A stretch of DNA of 46,224 nucleotides, taken from positions 1-46,224 of the forward strand of contig CAYHKM010000001.1 of the NCBI GenBank assembly GCA_964357285.1, given 5' to 3'. The DNA comes from an uncultured Candidatus Saccharibacteria bacterium (lineage in GTDB: Bacteria > Patescibacteriota > Minisyncoccia > Phycocordibacterales > Phycocordibacteraceae). The number at the start of each line of letters is the position of its first letter. Within the stretch, counting starts at the first letter, position 1. The translations under genes were made by a program, and so were the position numbers. The notes under the pieces are model-generated. The model worked only from the letters and a program-made list of their open reading frames with translations, was not told where the DNA came from and did no database searches. Shown here piece by piece: positions 42,806-46,224 of this stretch.

Positions 42806-43777
42806 ATGGATGAGCTTGAAATAGGCGGTAAAAAGTACATCTCGTCTAAACGAGCTTCAGAGCTTACCGGATACGCTAAAGACTATATTGGGCAGCTTGC
42901 CCGAGGAGGGAAAATCGATGCTACGAGAGTGGGTAGGGCGTGGTATGTAGACCAGGAATCACTTTTTACCCATGCGCACGATGACGAGGCTGTTTCCAGG
43001 CCCTTAAACGGAACCTCTGAGATCACGTCTGGCACAAAGGCTCATATCCCTGCCATCCCCGTGGTCCCGGAAATAAAGAAGTCACTCTTATCTCTTGCGC
43101 ACCTGCGTCTGGGCGCGTTCGAGGTGCCAAAAACGTGGGACCAAGTTAAGTATCACTTTGACGAAAATCCTCTTTTTCCTATTTTAATTGAGACCAAAGC
43201 ACCAGAAACTACTTTTCAAACAATAGTCTTTCCGCGAAAAACCACGGAAGTTCCCGAAATAACTAATAAAACAATAGTCTTTCCGCGAAAAACCACGGAA
43301 GCCAAAACTCGGGTTGAGCGTTTCACGGGGTCACCCGCTGTTCCCAATATTGATGGAGTTGTAGTTAAAAAAATGACCACGATAGTAGGTGAAAAAATAC
43401 AGATCCAGAAGCTACAAAACGCCGCGCCGGCACGAAAGTCAGAAAAAGCCGACGTTCAAGCATCACTTCCGAGCCCCCTCGAGCTTAAGGGAAGCACAGG
43501 GGGTGCTCTTCGACACATAGCCGTGGTTTCCCTTCTTGTCATTCTTGCAATAAGCCTTGGCGGCTCATTCCTTGGATCAAAGTGGACCATGACCAAGAGT
43601 AGCCTCGCGGCGACTATTACGGCTGATGGCGGGGCCGAAATCATAGGAAAAGGGCTTACGGCCTTCCAAGAAGGCCTCGAAGGTATCAAGTCGTTTTTTG
43701 AGGTTATTGTTGCTTCATTTTGGGATTTTTTCAGGGCAGGAGCTAATTTTATTTTGACGGTCTTGAATCTCGGATAG
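42806..43777 (+). CDS. HTH (excisionase/MerR-like, HTH_17-type) protein with C-terminal transmembrane segment
   Basis: KYISSKRASELTGYAKDYIGQLARGGKIDATRVGRAWYVDQESL resembles the HTH_17 domain. TM helix HIAVVSLLVILAISLGGSFLG. Alternative start ATG 42779. Confidence 0.6.
   Translation: MDELEIGGKKYISSKRASELTGYAKDYIGQLARGGKIDATRVGRAWYVDQESLFTHAHDDEAVSRPLNGTSEITSGTKAHIPAIPVVPEIKKSLLSLAHLRLGAFEVPKTWDQVKYHFDENPLFPILIETKAPETTFQTIVFPRKTTEVPEITNKTIVFPRKTTEAKTRVERFTGSPAVPNIDGVVVKKMTTIVGEKIQIQKLQNAAPARKSEKADVQASLPSPLELKGSTGGALRHIAVVSLLVILAISLGGSFLGSKWTMTKSSLAATITADGGAEIIGKGLTAFQEGLEGIKSFFEVIVASFWDFFRAGANFILTVLNLG
43218..43301 (+). repeat. perfect 33-nt direct repeat, two copies 51 nt apart, inside the CDS
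   Basis: AAACAATAGTCTTTCCGCGAAAAACCACGGAAG at 43218-43250 and 43269-43301. Each copy encodes TIVFPRKTTE. Confidence 0.9.
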
Positions 43778-43796
43778 CCAAGATAAAGACTCACGG

Positions 43797-43826
43797 CAAC
43801 CCCTAAACCCTAGGGGTTGTTTTATT
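43797..43826 (+). terminator. intrinsic terminator CAACCCCTA-AACCC-TAGGGGTTG + TTTTATT
   Basis: 9-bp stem with 5-nt loop and T-run, 20 nt after the stop at 43777. Confidence 0.75.
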
Positions 43827-43984
43827 GAAAATCTTGCCGAATGACCGGGTTGATCTTCATATTCTGTTCAAAGGAATTTTCGTTCGATCCGGCTGAAATT
43901 TTCTCGCGGTTGAATCCACACTTCTATATTGAATAACATAGTTCGGAAAGCCGAAATGACTAGTAATATTATAGGTAGTTCGAC

Positions 43985-46224
43985 ATGTCTGAAATCTTTG
44001 ATGGAAAGACTTTTTTTTCTGCAAAAGAGGCTGCAGAGCGGTTTAAGTACACCCCTGATTACGTAGGAAAACTTGCCCGCGAGAATAAGGTAGTCGGCAA
44101 AAAGATCGGCCGGGCTTGGTTCGTCGAATCAGACTCGATCGAGCGCTTTTTCCGTGACTCCGAGGAGCTTGAACGGATCCGTCTCGAGAACCTTCGCAGA
44201 GAGCGGGTCGACGAATATGCCCGAAACGGAACAATCCGCGAATCCCCGTCGCTGCGATCACCACAGGCTGCCGTAACGTCAAGCCCGAAGCCGCCTGCGC
44301 CATCCGTGACTACATCCAAGGCCGCGAGGCAGCCGTCGACCGCACAACTGGGGCTCAACTATGCGCTCCAGGCCGGCCGCGTCGTTTCGGCCGTACTTGG
44401 AGTCAGCGTTTTTCTCCTCACGTTCTCTATCGGCTCGGCGCTTTACCGCTCAGCGCCCAACTTCGACGTCACCGACGCGGTGTCGGACGCGTACCACTGG
44501 CAAGTAACATTTCACTCGCATCTAAAAACGCTCTGGGATGACCGTTCTCTCATAGGATCGTATATCGCCTCACACGCGGAAGATTTCGTCGTCGATTCTC
44601 CGCGACTTGCGGCAGATGTGGCGACAGGATTTTTCTCCTCACTTACTACGCTCGGTTCATCGCCAAACGATCTTCTCGCTTTCGCTCTCACTCCATCCGG
44701 CATTTTCGATGCGGTTTACGATTTCTTTTTTCCGAAACCCGCATATCTCACTCCGGAAGTATTTCCGCAGTACCCCGGCGGAGGCGTTTCATCATCACCA
44801 ACAACTATCGTTGAACGCATCGTTACCAACACTCCTACTACAGTCATTCAAAATCCTGTTCGGTACGTCACAGTGGCCGGGATCACAAAAGAAGAACTGG
44901 AGCGGCGCCTCAATGAAACGGTAAATAAATTGAAATCGGATTTGTTTAGCGTATCGCTCCCGCTCTCTCAAAGTGGAGCTATTACGAATATCACTACACT
45001 TGTCAGCAACATCAGCAACCTCGACGGCGTCACCATCAGGAACGCCACCATCGTCGGCGGCACCATCTCGGGAACGACCGGACTCTCCGCGGGCTCCGGA
45101 GTCGTGGGCTCCGGAGTCGCGGGTCAACTCCCGTACTACGCAGCCGCCGGCACGGACTTGACCGCAACCTCGACCCTTTTTCTCACGTCATCCCGAAAGC
45201 TCGGTGTCTCCACAACCTCTCCGCTCGCAACCCTCGACGTCTATGGCGACCTCATCCTCTCCGGAGCTAACCGATACCTCAACTTCGGCGACATCTCGGG
45301 CTCCTTGGGATACGGCTTCCGGGACAACGCCGGCACCATCGAATTCAAGAACTCCTCGGGCTCCTGGTCCGTCTTCGGCTCCGGCGGAGGCGGCGGCGGC
45401 TTCTGGGCCACCACGACGCAGGACCTCGCCGTCTTCCCAACCACTCTCTCGTACGTCGTACTCATAGGCACGAACGCGACCTCAACGACCGGAAACATCC
45501 TCGAGGTCCTCGGAAACGCCCTCTTCCGGAACAACGTGGTCGCCTATGGCACGGTCTCTGCCCCGAGCTTCTCCGCGACCTCGACCGCGACCAGCACCTT
45601 CGTGGGCGGCGTCTCGTCCCTCTCCGCCTTCGGCGTCGGCAGGACCTCGACCACCACCATCCTCGGGGACGGCGCGACCAGTTCTTTCTCGGGCGGCGTC
45701 TCCGCGACCCGCTTCAACTCGGCAGGAACCTCGACCTTCGCCGGCCTTTCCCTCAACAACTTCACGGGCTTCCTCAAAGCGACCGCGGGCGCCATCGGCA
45801 CGTCCCTCATCGACCTCGCCTCTGACGTCTCCGGCATCCTCTCCGTCGCCTTCGGCGGGACCGGATGGGGGAACATTCAGGCGAACTCGCTCCTTCTCGG
45901 GAACGGCACGAGTCCCTTGGCAACGACATCGGCCGGTACGAACGGACAAACTCTCTCTCTCATCGGGGGCGTCCCTTCGTGGGTCGCGACGACAACGTTC
46001 TCTTCAGGACTTTCATACTCGGGAGGCAACGTCACGAACACCGGTGTTCTTGCGGTCGGTCCCGCGGGACAAACGCAGACCGGCACCGTCCTCATCGCGA
46101 CCTCCTCGTCTCCGTTCAACGGACTCACGGCATCGACCACCGTCGTCGGCTCTGCTGGAACACTCACCTTCACGAACACACTCGCGGGACTCTTGGGGGC
46201 CGCGGGCGGCGGCACCGGACTCTC
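43985..46224 (+). CDS. large HTH_17-TM surface protein with Gly/Ser/Thr-rich tail-fibre-like repeats, 3' end outside window
   Basis: Not in the ORF track because it has no stop. I translated frame 2 from ATG 43985 codon by codon to about 45600; it is open, and the rest was read by eye through 46224. N-terminus FFSAKEAAERFKYTPDYVGKLARENKVVGKKIGRAWFVESDSI is a paralog of the 42806 protein. TM helix VVSAVLGVSVFLLTFSIGSAL. Followed by ...LGVSTTSPLATLDVYGDLILSG..., GSGGGGGGFW and long S/T/G repeats. Third-position G/C bias is consistent with coding. Confidence 0.7.
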   Translation, partial: MSEIFDGKTFFSAKEAAERFKYTPDYVGKLARENKVVGKKIGRAWFVESDSIERFFRDSEELERIRLENLRRERVDEYARNGTIRESPSLRSPQAAVTSSPKPPAPSVTTSKAARQPSTAQLGLNYALQAGRVVSAVLGVSVFLLTFSIGSALYRSAPNFDVTDAVSDAYHWQVTFHSHLKTLWDDRSLIGSYIASHAEDFVVDSPRLAADVATGFFSSLTTLGSSPNDLLAFALTPSGIFDAVYDFFFPKPAYLTPEVFPQYPGGGVSSSPTTIVERIVTNTPTTVIQNPVRYVTVAGITKEELERRLNETVNKLKSDLFSVSLPLSQSGAITNITTLVSNISNLDGVTIRNATIVGGTISGTTGLSAGSGVVGSGVAGQLPYYAAAGTDLTATSTLFLTSSRKLGVSTTSPLATLDVYGDLILSGANRYLNFGDISGSLGYGFRDNAGTIEFKNSSGSWSVFGSGGGGGGFWATTTQDLAVFPTTLSYVVLIGTNATSTTGNILEVLGNALFRNNVVAYGTVSAPSFSATSTATSTFVGGVSSLSAFGVGRTSTTTILGDGATSSFSGGVSATRFNSAGTSTFAGLSLNNFTGFLKATAGAIGTSLIDLASDVSGILSVAFGGTGWGNIQANSLLLGNGTSPLATTSAGTNGQTLSLIGGVPSWVATTTFSSGLSYSGGNVTNTGVLAVGPAGQTQTGTVLIATSSSPFNGLTASTTVVGSAGTLTFTNTLAGLLGAAGGGTGL

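Noticed and set aside
43860-43885. tRNA-like T-loop sequence CGTTCGATCCGG in the AT-rich spacer
   Set aside because: The flanking bases cannot form a T-stem, and no acceptor or anticodon arms could be drawn. No tRNA is called anywhere in the window.
1-46224. CRISPR arrays, transposases, integrases, toxin-antitoxin or recognisable defence genes
   Set aside because: No regularly spaced repeats and no such protein motifs were seen. The only repeats are the murB-upstream tandem module and the 33-nt intragenic repeat.

Overview
G+C-rich, gene-dense bacterial chromosomal window. I recognised no rRNA, tRNA, CRISPR array, transposase or integrase. Layout: (i) 1-3021 holds a 5'-truncated glycoside-hydrolase-like gene, a soluble TraD/VirD4-like P-loop NTPase and an overlapping secreted lamin-tail-domain (LTD) protein. 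(ii) 3083-35455 is a run of 30 glycan-assembly genes (~32 kb). It carries about ten glycosyltransferase domains (GT4, GT2, DUF616; one partial), six methyltransferase domains and six SDR-fold enzymes. It also carries a dTDP-6-deoxyhexose toolkit: RmlA, two RmlB, RmlC, an RmlC-like cupin, an RmlD-like reductase, an FdtA-like 3,4-ketoisomerase, a DegT aminotransferase and a C-methyltransferase. An MsbA/PglK-type ABC exporter and a Wzy_C (O-antigen-ligase-like) + TPR membrane protein complete it. Several genes are fusions (SDR-GT4N, GT4-MT, P-loop-GT4, MT-GT2), and eight gene junctions are ATGA start/stop overlaps. (iii) 35456-42745 holds the housekeeping genes murB, secA, a DUF360 membrane protein, obg and gatB, separated by unusual non-coding DNA. 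Before murB sit an orphan promoter-terminator unit and an 88-bp-period tandem repeat. Before secA sits a 23-codon polybasic ORF with its own terminator. Before gatB sits a ~245 nt hairpin-dense spacer flanked by a duplicated gatB 5' end. (iv) 42779-46224 holds two paralogous HTH-plus-transmembrane proteins. The second is a >746 aa Gly/Ser/Thr-rich surface protein that runs off the window and is absent from the ORF track. The ORF track translates TTG/GTG starts as M, so several starts were trimmed to the ATG that matches family N-termini. Most long minus-strand ORFs are antisense shadows typical of high-GC DNA. The gene style (SecA without zinc-finger tail, short Obg, LTD and Wzy_C-TPR proteins, apparent leaderless starts) resembles Patescibacteria/CPR genomes, but that is an untested inference. 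All family assignments come from motif recognition by eye; no searches were run.
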